Positions 27,403 to 37,521 of a DNA stretch of 58,153 nt are shown here, one piece after another; within the stretch, counting starts at the first letter, position 1; the number at the start of each line of letters is the position of its first letter. This stretch comes from an uncultured virus (IMG/VR IMGVR_UViG_2100351003_000006). Taxonomy: Duplodnaviria > Heunggongvirae > Uroviricota > Caudoviricetes. The position numbers and the translations under genes were made by a program. The DNA is taken from the IMG/VR virus record IMGVR_UViG_2100351003_000006. One strand, given 5' to 3'. The notes below the pieces were generated by a model. The model did no database searches. It was not told where the DNA came from and saw only the letters and a program-made list of their open reading frames with translations.

Positions 27403-27801
27403 ATGCCCTTGCGTGCCCCGACTCCCTGCCGACACCCGGGTTGCGGTGCGGTGCTGACCACACCCGGCTATTGCGACGCGCACCGTGCCGATCACCGGCA
27501 GTGGGACAGCAATACGGGGAAGAGGAAGCGACAAGAGAAACGTGCCCTGCCCACAAACAGCGCCGCGTGGCGAGGCCTGCGCGCTCGGCTTCTGCGTGAG
27601 GCACCGCTATGTCAGGAGTGCCTGCGGCTCGGTGTCTTGTGCGCCGCCAGCGTCGTCGATCACATCGATGGCGATAGCCACAATAACGACCGATCGAATC
27701 TGCAGTCGCTCTGCAGTCGCTGCCACGCCAGAGTCACGGCGAGGCACGACGGCGGCTTTGGCAACCCTAACCGGCGTCGCCAAGCGGACCGAGACTGCTG
27801 A
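27403..27801 (+). CDS. HNH endonuclease (terminase-associated)
   Basis: PCRHPGC...YCDAH; PLCQEC; VVDHIDG..NN..NLQSLCSRCH; upstream of terS. Confidence 0.9.
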   Translation: MPLRAPTPCRHPGCGAVLTTPGYCDAHRADHRQWDSNTGKRKRQEKRALPTNSAAWRGLRARLLREAPLCQECLRLGVLCAASVVDHIDGDSHNNDRSNLQSLCSRCHARVTARHDGGFGNPNRRRQADRDC

Positions 27802-27960
27802 GCGTGTCAGCGTCGGTCGATGGCCACTCGATGTCCGGCTGCGCACGAACGAAGCAAGGCCAGATCATTCGCTCATCATCACATTATACGTTCAGCATGC
27901 GCGGAAAATGCCACTTGTGTAGATATGGAAGTCCAGCTTCGCGAAATGACTCGGCTGCAG

Positions 27961-28052
27961 GCCCCTAGGGGCCTAGGTTCTCTACAATGGCATATGCTGG
28001 ATGCGTGCGCGTGGTCAATTTTTTGTGCGTGCAAATTAGAAAACTTTTTTTG
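27961..28052. other. Putative cos/packaging site region
   Basis: Non-coding gap between HNH and terS with a CCCCTAGGGG palindrome, repeated TGCGTGC and T-tracts; position typical of HK97-like cos phages. Confidence 0.45.
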
Positions 28053-28172
28053 GCGGAAAATAGCGCTTGAGCATTGATTTCATTGAGGTTTTTGGCAAAT
28101 CGAGAGGTGCCAAATCCGGCTCGATTTCGGCCGAAATCGGTGCGAAAGGGCCATTTCGCGGGGTGATTTCGT

Positions 28173-28643
28173 ATGGCCGCTCCCGGACGTAAGCCCCTGC
28201 CCGTGGTCGTGAAAGAGATCAAGGGGACGCTGCAGAAGTGCCGGACCAACGTGCGCGAACCGAAACCGACGACGGCCTTGTGCACCCCGCCCGAGTACAT
28301 GTCGGACAGCGCCAAGGAAGCGTGGAACTACGCGGTGGCCAATTCACCACCCGGTTTGCTGTCGGCGCTCGACGGCGCGGTGCTAGAGCGCTGGGCGAAC
28401 TGCTCGGGGATGTACCGCGAAGCACTCTCCAAGATCAACAAGGCCGGGGTCTCCGGGATGATGATCAAAACGCCCAGCGGCATCCTTCGGCGCTCACCCT
28501 TGATGGATGTGATCAGGGATCTGGCGCTGGAGATGAAGGGCTACGAGGCCGAGATGGGATTCACTCCGGCGGCGCGCTCACGCATCTCACTGCCGACGGA
28601 ATCGACGACCGAGTCGGATCCGTGGTCGGAGATTGCCGGCTGA
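28173..28643 (+). CDS. terS: Terminase small subunit, P27 family
   Basis: GRKPLP..K..GT; PPEYMS..AK..W; EMGFTPAARSRI. Confidence 0.9.
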   Translation: MAAPGRKPLPVVVKEIKGTLQKCRTNVREPKPTTALCTPPEYMSDSAKEAWNYAVANSPPGLLSALDGAVLERWANCSGMYREALSKINKAGVSGMMIKTPSGILRRSPLMDVIRDLALEMKGYEAEMGFTPAARSRISLPTESTTESDPWSEIAG

Positions 28644-30355
28644 TGGCCACTCGCAGCTACACCACGATCGCCCGTCAGTACGCCAAGGCCGTCGTCACCG
28701 GCAGGGTTCTGACCGGCAAGTGGGTGCGCGAGGCCTGCCAGCGGCAACTCGACGATCTGGCGCGCTTCACGGGCAGAGACAGTCCCTACCGCTTCAACCC
28801 GACGCTGACCGACAAGCTGGGGCGCAGTTTTCGGCCTGCCGACAACCTGTGTGCCTTCATCGAGCGCCTGCCGCACGTCAAGGGGCCACTGGCGGGACAG
28901 CCGATCCGACTGGAGCCCTGGCAGGTGTTCATCCTGACCACCGTCTTCGGCTGGGTGAAGCCTGACGGCAAGCGGCGCTTTCGCCGCGCCTATATCGAAG
29001 TGCCGCGCGGCAATGCGAAATCGACACTTTCCTCCGCCCTGGCCCTGTACATGCTCGCCGCCGACGGTGAAGGCGGCGCCGAGGTGTATTCGCTGGCCAC
29101 CACCCGCGACCAGGCGCGTATCGTCTTCGGCGATGCGCAGACGATGGCGCGCCAGTCGGCCGGGTTTCGGACACGCTTCGGAGTGGGCGTCGGTGCGCAC
29201 AACCTGCACGTACTGGCCAGAGGCTCGAAGTTCGAGGCGCTCTCCGCGGAAGGCTCGACGCTCGACGGGCTGAACATTCACTTCGGCTGCATCGACGAGT
29301 TGCACGCGCACAAGACGCGCACCGTCTACGACGTCGTCGAGACCGGCACCGGCAAGCGCGACAACTCGCTCTTGTGGGTGATCACCACCGCCGGCAGCAA
29401 CCGCTCGGGGATCTGCTACGAGATCCGGACCTTCGTCACCCGCCTGCTCGACGGCGTGTTCGCGGACGACAGCCAATTTGGCATCGTGTACGGGCTCGAT
29501 GACGGGGACGACTGGACGCTCGAAGAGTCGCTGATCAAGGCCAATCCGAACTGGGGTATTTCGGTGCGCCCGGAAGTGCTGGCGCCGCTGCAGGCCAAGG
29601 CCATGCAGATGCCGAGCGCGGTGAACAACTTCAAGACCAAGCATCTCAACGAGTGGGTCAATGCGGACACCGCGTGGATGGACATGCGCTCCTGGGATCG
29701 CTGCGCCGACCAAGGGCTTGATATCGACTCCTATGCGGGACAGCCGTGCTGGATCGGCCTCGATCTGGCCAGCAAGACCGACATCGCTGCCCTGCTGCTG
29801 GTCTTCGCCCACCAGGAAATCGACGGCGGCTTTGCAGTGTTCGGTCGCTACTACCTGCCCGAGGACACGGTTCACGCCACCGGCAACAGCCAGTACCCCG
29901 GCTGGATGGGCAGCGGGCGGCTGACGGTGACGCCGGGCAACGTGATTGATTTCTCCTGGATCGAGGCCGACCTGGTGGACTTCGCCTCGCGCTTCGCCAT
30001 CCAGGCGGTCGCCTTCGACCCGTTCCAGGCGACGCAGTTGTCGACCCGGATGCTGGCTGAGGGCCTACCGATGATCGAAGTCAGACCGACAGTGCTCAAC
30101 TTCTCGGAACCGATGAAGACGCTCGAGGCGCTGGTCCTGCAAGGAAAACTGATCCACGACGGGGATCCGGTGCTGGGGTGGATGGTGAGCAACGTCGTGG
30201 CGCACCTGGACGCCAAGGACAACATCTACCCGCGCAAGGAACGTCCAGAGAACAAGATCGACGGCATCGTCGCACTGATCATGGCACTGTCGCGGGCGAT
30301 CACGCCCGGCACCCAGGTGGTGCTCGGTGCAGACTACGAGCTGGTGATGCTCTGA
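28643..30355 (+). CDS. terL: Terminase large subunit
   Basis: LEPWQ, VPRGNAKS, IDELHAH, ITTAG, GLDLASKTD, KIDGIVA. Confidence 0.95.
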   Translation: MATRSYTTIARQYAKAVVTGRVLTGKWVREACQRQLDDLARFTGRDSPYRFNPTLTDKLGRSFRPADNLCAFIERLPHVKGPLAGQPIRLEPWQVFILTTVFGWVKPDGKRRFRRAYIEVPRGNAKSTLSSALALYMLAADGEGGAEVYSLATTRDQARIVFGDAQTMARQSAGFRTRFGVGVGAHNLHVLARGSKFEALSAEGSTLDGLNIHFGCIDELHAHKTRTVYDVVETGTGKRDNSLLWVITTAGSNRSGICYEIRTFVTRLLDGVFADDSQFGIVYGLDDGDDWTLEESLIKANPNWGISVRPEVLAPLQAKAMQMPSAVNNFKTKHLNEWVNADTAWMDMRSWDRCADQGLDIDSYAGQPCWIGLDLASKTDIAALLLVFAHQEIDGGFAVFGRYYLPEDTVHATGNSQYPGWMGSGRLTVTPGNVIDFSWIEADLVDFASRFAIQAVAFDPFQATQLSTRMLAEGLPMIEVRPTVLNFSEPMKTLEALVLQGKLIHDGDPVLGWMVSNVVAHLDAKDNIYPRKERPENKIDGIVALIMALSRAITPGTQVVLGADYELVML

Positions 30356-31635
30356 TGGGGATGTTCAGCTTCCTCTCGCGCTGGATGGCCTCGAGTGACG
30401 ACCGTTCGCCCGGTGGTGACTTCTGGTTCGAGCCGGTCACGATGCGGAGCTCGAGCGGCATGCGGGTATCGGCGGACAACGCCATGCGCGTGGCGGCGGT
30501 GTACGCCAGCGTGCGCATCCTGGCCGAGACAATGGCGTCCCTGCCGTTCGTGCTCTACCGGCAGCGCGCCGATGGCGGCAAAGACCGGGTGACGGATCAC
30601 TGGCTGTACCGCGTGCTGGCCAAGCGTCCGAATCGTTACCAGAACCCGTATGAGTGGCGCGAGATGCTGCAGGGTCATCTGGCACTCCGGGGCAACGCCT
30701 ACAACCGGATCGTCGCCAACCGCCGCGGCGAGATCGTCGAGCTAATGCCGATCCACCCGGACCGGATCAGGATGGAACTGATGCCGTCCGGTGACTACCG
30801 CTATCGGGTGACCGATCGGCTCGGCGTAGAGGCCATACTGCCGCGGGGCGAGATCTGGCATCTGCGTGGTCTGTCGTCGGACGGTTTGATGGGCATGAGC
30901 CCGATCGAGCTGGCGCGCGAGAGTCTGGGCATGGCGCTGGCGGCGCAGGACTACGGTGCGCGCTTCTTCGCCAACGACGCGAAGCCGACCGGCGGCTGGA
31001 TCGAGTTTCCGGGGTCGTTCAAGGACAGCGAGGCCAAGAAGGTGTTTCGCGAGTCCTACCAGGCGGCGCAGTCCGGCGCGAACCGCGGCAAGGTACTCGT
31101 GCTGGAAAACGGCATGAAGTTCCACGAGGTGGGCGTGACCAACCGGGACGCGCAGTTTCTCGAACTCCGGAAATTCCAGATCACCGACATCGCGCGGCTG
31201 TTTCGGGTGCCACCGCACATGATCGCTGATCTCGATCGCGCGACCTTCTCGAACATCGAGCAGCAGAGCCTGGAATTCGTCATGCACACGATGACGCCGT
31301 GGGCCGAGCGCTGGGAAGCGAGCATCGAATCCGAGTTGCTGCTCGACGGCGACGATCTCGAGGTCGAGTTTGATTTTGCGAACCTGATGCGCGGCGACGC
31401 CGCCAGCCGGTCGTCGTACTACCAGAGCGGGATCCAAAACGGCTGGCTGACACGCAACGAGGCACGCATCGCCGAGAACCTGAATCCACTCGACGGGTTG
31501 GACGAGCCGTTGCGGCCACTGAACATGGTCGAGGAAGGGTCAGCCGAGGATCTGGAAGGCGATGCCGGGCAGGACCAGCGGCCTGCGCAGGATGTGACTG
31601 GGCCGCAAGACGATGAAGACGCACAGAGCGAATGA
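30355..31635 (+). CDS. Portal protein, HK97 family
   Basis: AVYASVRILAE, PNRYQ, DAQFLELRKF, IARLFRVPPHMI, NEAR..ENL.P. Confidence 0.95.
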   Translation: MGMFSFLSRWMASSDDRSPGGDFWFEPVTMRSSSGMRVSADNAMRVAAVYASVRILAETMASLPFVLYRQRADGGKDRVTDHWLYRVLAKRPNRYQNPYEWREMLQGHLALRGNAYNRIVANRRGEIVELMPIHPDRIRMELMPSGDYRYRVTDRLGVEAILPRGEIWHLRGLSSDGLMGMSPIELARESLGMALAAQDYGARFFANDAKPTGGWIEFPGSFKDSEAKKVFRESYQAAQSGANRGKVLVLENGMKFHEVGVTNRDAQFLELRKFQITDIARLFRVPPHMIADLDRATFSNIEQQSLEFVMHTMTPWAERWEASIESELLLDGDDLEVEFDFANLMRGDAASRSSYYQSGIQNGWLTRNEARIAENLNPLDGLDEPLRPLNMVEEGSAEDLEGDAGQDQRPAQDVTGPQDDEDAQSE

Positions 31636-31651
31636 CGATGGGGATGACACG

Positions 31652-32590
31652 ATGAACCACCACTTGCTGGTTGCTGAATTTCTGACCACGCCGTGGGCGC
31701 TGATGCCTGAACGGCTGAACGCAGTCGCGGCGGTTCTGGCGCGCTGGTCGCAGGATATTCCGGCGGGTGAGGACGTGCTCATGGGTATCGCGGCAGATCG
31801 TAGCGTGCGCGAAGCACGCCGGCAGGCGGCCACAGCGGTGTCCAGTGGCGGTATTGCGGTCCTGCCGCTGTACGGCGTCGTCACCCAGCGCGGCAACATG
31901 GTCGACGATGTCTCCGGGCCGGGGAGTGTCAGCACGCAGCAGTTTGCCTCGGCTCTGCGCCAGGCGCTCGCGGATGACTCGGTCAGCCAGATCCTGATCG
32001 ATATCGACAGTCCAGGCGGCAGTGTCTATGGCGTGTCCGAACTCGCCGACGAGATCGTCAGTGCCCGGGCACAGAAGCCCGTGGTAGCGATCGCCAATAG
32101 TCTGGCAGCAAGTGCGGCCTACTGGATTGGCTGCTCGGCGTCGGAGTTCTACGTCACACCATGCGGCGAGGTCGGCTCGATCGGCGTCTGGCAGGCGCAC
32201 TTCGATTACTCGCAGGCGTTTGTCACCAAGGGCGTCAAGCCGACGCTGATCTCGGCCGGCAAGTACAAGGTCGAAGGCAATCCGTATGTGCCGCTCGATG
32301 AGGAGGCACAGGGGTTCATGCAGTCGCGCGTGGATGACTACTACGCCACCTTCACCAAGGCGGTGGCGCGCGGGCGCGGGGTGCCGATCGCGCAGGTGCG
32401 CGAGGGCATGGGTCAGGGTCGTGTGCTCGGCGGCGAGGCTGCGCAGGCGCAAGGCATGATCGATGGGGTCGCCACCTTCGACGATGTCGTCAGGAAGATG
32501 CGGCGCGATCCGAGGTCCGTCGCCAGGCCGAAGGTGAGTCGCTTGGCTCAGGCGCAACGGGAACTCGATATCTTGGGTACCCGAGCGTGA
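31652..32590 (+). CDS. S49 (SppA/ClpP-like) prohead protease
   Basis: IDSPGGSV, AASAAYWI, VGSIGV, SAGKYK. Confidence 0.92.
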   Translation: MNHHLLVAEFLTTPWALMPERLNAVAAVLARWSQDIPAGEDVLMGIAADRSVREARRQAATAVSSGGIAVLPLYGVVTQRGNMVDDVSGPGSVSTQQFASALRQALADDSVSQILIDIDSPGGSVYGVSELADEIVSARAQKPVVAIANSLAASAAYWIGCSASEFYVTPCGEVGSIGVWQAHFDYSQAFVTKGVKPTLISAGKYKVEGNPYVPLDEEAQGFMQSRVDDYYATFTKAVARGRGVPIAQVREGMGQGRVLGGEAAQAQGMIDGVATFDDVVRKMRRDPRSVARPKVSRLAQAQRELDILGTRA

Positions 32591-32828
32591 TGGGTGGAAT
32601 TGCTCGATTCATGGGTTGCTTTGCACGCGTTTCCGGCCGTTCAGGTTTAGAATTCCAATGAGTGCAGCCGGCCAGCAAGAGACGCTGAAGAAACCTGCCC
32701 AAAGCAGTCATTCAAGCAATCTGGGTGTATGCTATCGACCTGCCGTGTGAGCTGCTCGCCAGCGATTCAGCCGGGCGCTTTCGGGGCGGCAGATAAACGC
32801 TATTCGTTAGCCACCGCAGAGCCAAACC

Positions 32829-33311
32829 GTGGACATACTCCTGCGCATAGTCAACAAGTTACCCATGCCAACGAGCGTGCGTCTTGCTTGGAAGCGGTCG
32901 CTGCTCGACCGGTCTTACGCGCGCGACTTGGCGGCTGCAAAGAAGCAAAGCGATCCAAAGAAAATCGAGGAAATCGAGCAGGAGTGGAGGTTGGACATCG
33001 ATCTTCATACCGAAGATGAAGACTTCTACCTTTCTCGGCAACTTCGAGCACAGGCTCGCCACCTTCGGCTTCCCATCCCGCAGATCTACAACAAGGACAA
33101 CTCCGTGTCTGAGCACTGGCAACAGACACGTCACGCGGGGCATTGGTGCCTTACAACCACAGCAGTCCAAGCCCTTCGAGAGGCGATCCGTGGTGAAATC
33201 AAGGCTCGCCATGAACTGCGCGCGCATTGGGCCGTTTGGCTCTCCGCACTGACAGGTGTCATTGGTGCGATCACCGGCCTTGTGGCTGTTCTTGCGAGCA
33301 AGTCACCGTAG
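32829..33311 (+). CDS. Moron: hypothetical protein with C-terminal transmembrane helix
   Basis: Lower GC, hydrophobic C-terminus WLSALTGVIGAITGLVAVLA; starts 17 bp after GTTAGCC. Confidence 0.7.
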   Translation: MDILLRIVNKLPMPTSVRLAWKRSLLDRSYARDLAAAKKQSDPKKIEEIEQEWRLDIDLHTEDEDFYLSRQLRAQARHLRLPIPQIYNKDNSVSEHWQQTRHAGHWCLTTTAVQALREAIRGEIKARHELRAHWAVWLSALTGVIGAITGLVAVLASKSP

Positions 33312-33332
33312 CGCTCGCGTCGGTATGAAGAA

Positions 33333-33674
33333 ATGACGCAACCACGACTGGAAAACGACGACGTACAGGCGGCCCGCGGAAGGTGGCTATCAGCGAGCGA
33401 AAGCGCGTCTCGGCTTGCCGCCGAGCTATTTCAACCGGGATCGGGGTACGGCGACCCCGAAGCCCGAGCGGCAGATGAGCAACGACTCCAATCAGCCAGA
33501 CATGACTCTGAGCGGTTCTTTCAGGAATATCACGACCTCGATAGACGTAACATTGAATTGAAGATGCTTGAATTACAGCGCTCCCAGCGCCTGGCCACTT
33601 GGGCATCATTTACTGTCGCGGCGGTGGTGGGCCTGGCAACAGTTGTCGGTACTCTGGTAGAGCTGTTCAAGTAG
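33333..33674 (+). CDS. Moron: coiled-coil protein with C-terminal transmembrane helix
   Basis: C-terminus WASFTVAAVVGLATVVGTLVELF. Confidence 0.6.
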   Translation: MTQPRLENDDVQAARGRWLSASESASRLAAELFQPGSGYGDPEARAADEQRLQSARHDSERFFQEYHDLDRRNIELKMLELQRSQRLATWASFTVAAVVGLATVVGTLVELFK

Positions 33675-33804
33675 GTTGCCTCTTGTCAGTATCCGACTTC
33701 ACTGTGTCTCCAAGCCCATCGCCACCCAATCTGGCAGTTAACCTGACCTCGCGCATAACGCCGCGCGAGGCGGATGAAGTCAATCATCGGGCTTCATATT
33801 GGCA

Positions 33805-34356
33805 ATGACCAATGCATTTCACCGTTTCTGGGATTCACTTGTGGGGTACGTGCGCGGCCGTCCACCCCGAGCCCCCGACATTCGTCAGCCTCAGCATCCA
33901 CCGAAAGCCGAAGTTTCTGCGGCAGCGGCAGCGCGGACTGCCGAGCAGGAACTAAAAAGCGCCAGATGGCGGGAGTGGTGCGCACAGGCTTCCTTACGTC
34001 GGCAACAAGAACTACGCGAACGTACGGAACACGAATCACGACGCCTTACACACCTGGCAGCTCAGCGTCAAAGGGAAGAGATGGAAGCGCGTGCCGCGAG
34101 GGAATCGGAAGACGGTGAGCCGTTCTATCGATCCAGGCGTTGGCAGAAACTTCGATACGATGCGTTTCTGCGTTATGGCCGTGCCTGTGCGTTGTGTAGG
34201 AGAAGTCCAGAGATTCACAATGTCATACTGCACGTGGATCATATTAAGCCTCGGTCGAGGTATCCGCAACATCAATGGGATATCAAAAACTTACAAATTC
34301 TTTGCGAAGATTGCAATATGGGCAAGGGCGCTGCAGATGATACAAGGTGGCGGTGA
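33805..34356 (+). CDS. Moron: HNH endonuclease with N-terminal coiled coil
   Basis: FYRSRRWQKLRY, CALC, LHVDHIKP, NLQILCEDCNMGK. Confidence 0.85.
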   Translation: MTNAFHRFWDSLVGYVRGRPPRAPDIRQPQHPPKAEVSAAAAARTAEQELKSARWREWCAQASLRRQQELRERTEHESRRLTHLAAQRQREEMEARAARESEDGEPFYRSRRWQKLRYDAFLRYGRACALCRRSPEIHNVILHVDHIKPRSRYPQHQWDIKNLQILCEDCNMGKGAADDTRWR

Positions 34357-34395
34357 ACTGAGCAGCGTAAATCCAGTCAGCTCAGTGGCAATGAT

Positions 34396-34461
34396 TCCCA
34401 ACCCTCCAATCGAGGGGGACCCTGCGCGATAGCGCTGCACATCTGACCTCGAATGTTGATG
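34396..34461 (+). other. Degenerate integron attC-like site
   Basis: TCCCAAC...GTTGATG ends 66 bp apart with internal tcgagg/cctcga pairing; follows the HNH gene. Confidence 0.45.
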
Positions 34462-34678
34462 CTTTAGAAGCACCACTTCGACTGGCCGCTTTTCCGGACT
34501 CCGTGCGTCGCCTTTGGATCGTCCACTGCCAGTGACTCGCAAAACTTGAAGGGCAGCAACCAAGCTTTCAACGGTCGTTCCCACAGAACGACCCAAGCGC
34601 AACCGATTGAAATCCTCTACCGCGACGCTCCGTTGAACCTCGCCCCTATGTAAAACGACCCGCCGCCCGTCCCCACCC

Positions 34679-34702
34679 AAACCGCCTCCGGGCGGTTTTT
34701 TT
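34679..34702 (+). terminator. Intrinsic terminator before capsid gene
   Basis: aaccgcc-tccg-ggcggtt followed by a T run. Confidence 0.75.
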
Positions 34703-34750
34703 GTGCCCCTCGAACCCGCCTCGTGCGGGTTCTAGCTTTTGGAGAACCAC

Positions 34751-36052
34751 ATGAGCAAGCAACTGCGCCAGCTTCAGGCTCGCAAGACCACCCTGGTCAA
34801 AGAGGCCCGCGGCCTGACCGACCTCGCCGCGTCGGAGAACCGCGACCTGACAGACGACGAAGTCACCGCCTTCGACGCCCTGCGCGCGCGCATCGACGCC
34901 GCCTCGGCCGCCATCGACCGCGAAGCCGCCCTGATCGCCGATGAAGCACGCATCGGTGTCGAACACGTCATCGGCCCGATCGTCACCGACAACCGCGAAG
35001 CCGATCCCCGGCGCGGCTTCGGCTCCGTCGGCGAATTCATGCAGGCCGTCTATCAGGCCGACAAACCCGGCCAGTCGATCGACGCCCGCCTGCTGCTTGG
35101 CGGTATCGGCGCCGCCGCACCGAGCAACTACGGCAACGAGGCCGTCGGCCAGGATGGCGGTTTTCTGGTGCCGCCGCAGTTCTCGCAGGAGATCTTCAGG
35201 CTCTCGCTCGGCGAGGATTCCCTCCTGCCGCTCACCGACAACGTCGAGATCAGCGGCAACAGCATGGCATTTCCGAAGGACGAAACCACCCCCTGGGGGA
35301 CCAACGGCATCCGGGCGTACTGGCAGGGAGAGGCATCCTCGGGAACGCCCACCAAGCCGGTGCTGGGGCTGGCGACCCTGCGCCTGAAGAAACTGATGGC
35401 GCTGGTCCCGACCACCGACGAGTTGCTCGACGACGCCAACGCGCTGACCAGCTACCTGCCGGAGAAGGTCGCGGTGTCGATTCGCTGGAAAGCCAACGAG
35501 TCGATCCTCTTCGGCGCCGGCAACGGCATCCCGCTCGGCTGCATGAACGGCGGCGCCATCGTCACGGTGGCCAAGGAATCCGGTCAGGCCACGCAAACCC
35601 TGCTGACGCAGAACCTCGCCAAGATGATCGCCCGCCTGCCGCCGGGGTCGTTCACCAACGCTGTGTGGATCGTGAACAACGACGTCCTGCCGGCACTGTT
35701 CACCCTGACGCTTGGCAACTACCCGATCTACCTGCCGGTCGGCCAGTCGGTCGGCGGCATCCAGCTCTCGCCCTACGGCACGCTGCTCGGTCGCCCGGTG
35801 TTCGTCTCACAGCACGCCAACACCTTCTCGTCGCAGGGCGACGTGCTGCTGGTCGATCTCTCGTACTACCAGACCATCACCAAGGCTGGCGGCATGCAGA
35901 CTGCGACCTCGATGCATCTCTACTTCGACGCCGACCTGACCGCCTTTCGCACCACCTTCCGCATGGACGGCCAATCCAAGATCCAGAACCCGATCGCCCC
36001 GGCCAAGGGAGCCAACGCCCTCTCACCCTACATCCAGCTCGCCGCGCGATAG
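34751..36052 (+). CDS. Major capsid protein, HK97 fold
   Basis: N-terminal delta coiled coil, DGGFLVP, ELLDDA, TLLGRPV; GGAG RBS. Confidence 0.93.
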   Translation: MSKQLRQLQARKTTLVKEARGLTDLAASENRDLTDDEVTAFDALRARIDAASAAIDREAALIADEARIGVEHVIGPIVTDNREADPRRGFGSVGEFMQAVYQADKPGQSIDARLLLGGIGAAAPSNYGNEAVGQDGGFLVPPQFSQEIFRLSLGEDSLLPLTDNVEISGNSMAFPKDETTPWGTNGIRAYWQGEASSGTPTKPVLGLATLRLKKLMALVPTTDELLDDANALTSYLPEKVAVSIRWKANESILFGAGNGIPLGCMNGGAIVTVAKESGQATQTLLTQNLAKMIARLPPGSFTNAVWIVNNDVLPALFTLTLGNYPIYLPVGQSVGGIQLSPYGTLLGRPVFVSQHANTFSSQGDVLLVDLSYYQTITKAGGMQTATSMHLYFDADLTAFRTTFRMDGQSKIQNPIAPAKGANALSPYIQLAAR

Positions 36053-36088
36053 GCGCGGGCAGGAGCCATTTTTCCACAGGAGACATCC

Positions 36089-36535
36089 ATGTACCCCAAC
36101 CTCAAAGGCAGCGAAACGCTGTCGATTCTCGCCACCATCGACCCGGCCAGCCAGGCGGCCGGTACCGTCACCACCGCCTGGGTCTCGGCCGCCAACTTCC
36201 ATGCGTTTCTGGCGCTGGTCGAGACTGGCGTTCTCGGCGCTGCGGCGACCCTGGACGCCAAGATCCAGCAGGCGCGCGACGCCACCGGTACCGGCGCCAA
36301 GGACGTCGGCGGCAAGGCGATCCGGCAGATCGTCAAGGGCAGCGGCGACAACAAGCAGGTGCTGATCAACCTGAGGCCCGAGAACCTCGACAGCAACAAC
36401 GGCTTCGCCTTCCTGCGTCTGTCGCTGACCGTCGAGGTCGCCGCCAGCATCGTCGCCGGCAAGCTCATCGGTGTGCATCCGCGCTACGCCACGGCAGAGG
36501 TCTTCAACCAGGCGGCGGTGATCCAGGCGATCTGA
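36089..36535 (+). CDS. Putative head-associated (decoration) protein
   Basis: Beta-rich small protein directly after the capsid gene; AGGAG RBS. Confidence 0.6.
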   Translation: MYPNLKGSETLSILATIDPASQAAGTVTTAWVSAANFHAFLALVETGVLGAAATLDAKIQQARDATGTGAKDVGGKAIRQIVKGSGDNKQVLINLRPENLDSNNGFAFLRLSLTVEVAASIVAGKLIGVHPRYATAEVFNQAAVIQAI

Positions 36536-36539
36536 TCCC

Positions 36540-37163
36540 ATGCCGCTGCAACTCATCACCCCAGCCGCAGAGGAACCGGTGTCGCTCGCCGAGGCGAAGC
36601 TGCACCTGCGGGTGGAGTCTGCCGACGACGATGCGCTGATTGGTTCGCTGATCTCTGCGGCCCGCCAGGCGGCAGAGACACTCACCGGTCGTCAACTCGT
36701 CACCGCGCGCTGGAAACTGGTGCTCGACAGTTTCCCCGGTCCGAGCCTGACGGGCGTTCCCGCGGGACTGCCGTTCTCGCTGCCGGGGCACGCGATCCTG
36801 CTGCCGAAATGCCCCGTCCAGTCGGTGCTCGCCATAAGGTATCTCGACATGTCCGGCACCACACAAACCATGCCGCGAGCCGACTACACCGCCGATACGG
36901 CTTGCGAGCCGGCGCGCGTGACGCCGGTGTTCGGCAGTGCCTGGCCCGTTTCCCTGCCGCAGATCGGTGCTGTACAGCTTGTCTTCGGTGCGGGCTACGG
37001 CGATGCCGCCAGCGTCCCCGCGGGGATCAAGAGCTGGATCAAGCTGCGCGTGGGCAGTCTCTATGCGCACCGCGAGGAAGTCGCCCTGCTGACGAGCGGC
37101 AAGATCGAATCCTTGTCGTTCATCGACGGCCTGCTCGACCCGTACCGGGTGGTGCTGGTATGA
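36540..37163 (+). CDS. Head-tail connector (HK97 gp6-like)
   Basis: EPVSLAEAKLHLRV..DD.LI..LI.AAR; LY.HRE. Confidence 0.9.
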   Translation: MPLQLITPAAEEPVSLAEAKLHLRVESADDDALIGSLISAARQAAETLTGRQLVTARWKLVLDSFPGPSLTGVPAGLPFSLPGHAILLPKCPVQSVLAIRYLDMSGTTQTMPRADYTADTACEPARVTPVFGSAWPVSLPQIGAVQLVFGAGYGDAASVPAGIKSWIKLRVGSLYAHREEVALLTSGKIESLSFIDGLLDPYRVVLV

Positions 37164-37519
37164 CCGCGACCTTCAATCCCGGCCAGGCCAAGCAGCGCAT
37201 CCGGCTGCAGGCGAAGAATGTCACCCGCAATGCCATCGGTGAGGAAGTCGTCAGCTGGACCGACGTGGTTACCGACACCGCCGACCACGCGCTCTGGGCC
37301 GAGGCCTGGCCGCTCAAGGGACGCGAGTTCTTCGCGGCCCAGCAAACCCGCTACGCCGCCGACGTGCGTTTTCGGATCAGGTGGCGGGCGGATGTGGTGC
37401 GCGAGCAGCGTGTCCTGTGGCACGACGAGCCCTACGACATCGTGATGCTGACGGACGTCGGTGCCGGCCGCCACACGCTGGAAATCCTCGCCATCAACGG
37501 CATCCGGAACGGACTCTGA
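37160..37519 (+). CDS. Head closure / head-tail adaptor (SPP1 gp16-like)
   Basis: RIRLQ...N.IGE...WAE.WPL.GREFF.A...FRIRW...YDI. Confidence 0.85.
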   Translation: MTATFNPGQAKQRIRLQAKNVTRNAIGEEVVSWTDVVTDTADHALWAEAWPLKGREFFAAQQTRYAADVRFRIRWRADVVREQRVLWHDEPYDIVMLTDVGAGRHTLEILAINGIRNGL

Positions 37520-37521
37520 CC

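Noticed and set aside
20408..32557. Long antisense or alternate-frame ORFs (e.g. 20408..21652, 28541..29875, 31280..32557)
   Set aside because: Shadows of high-GC genes on the opposite strand with no motifs or RBS.
34590..34740. Structured ncRNA before the capsid gene
   Set aside because: Only terminator-like hairpins are supportable; no covariation evidence from one sequence.
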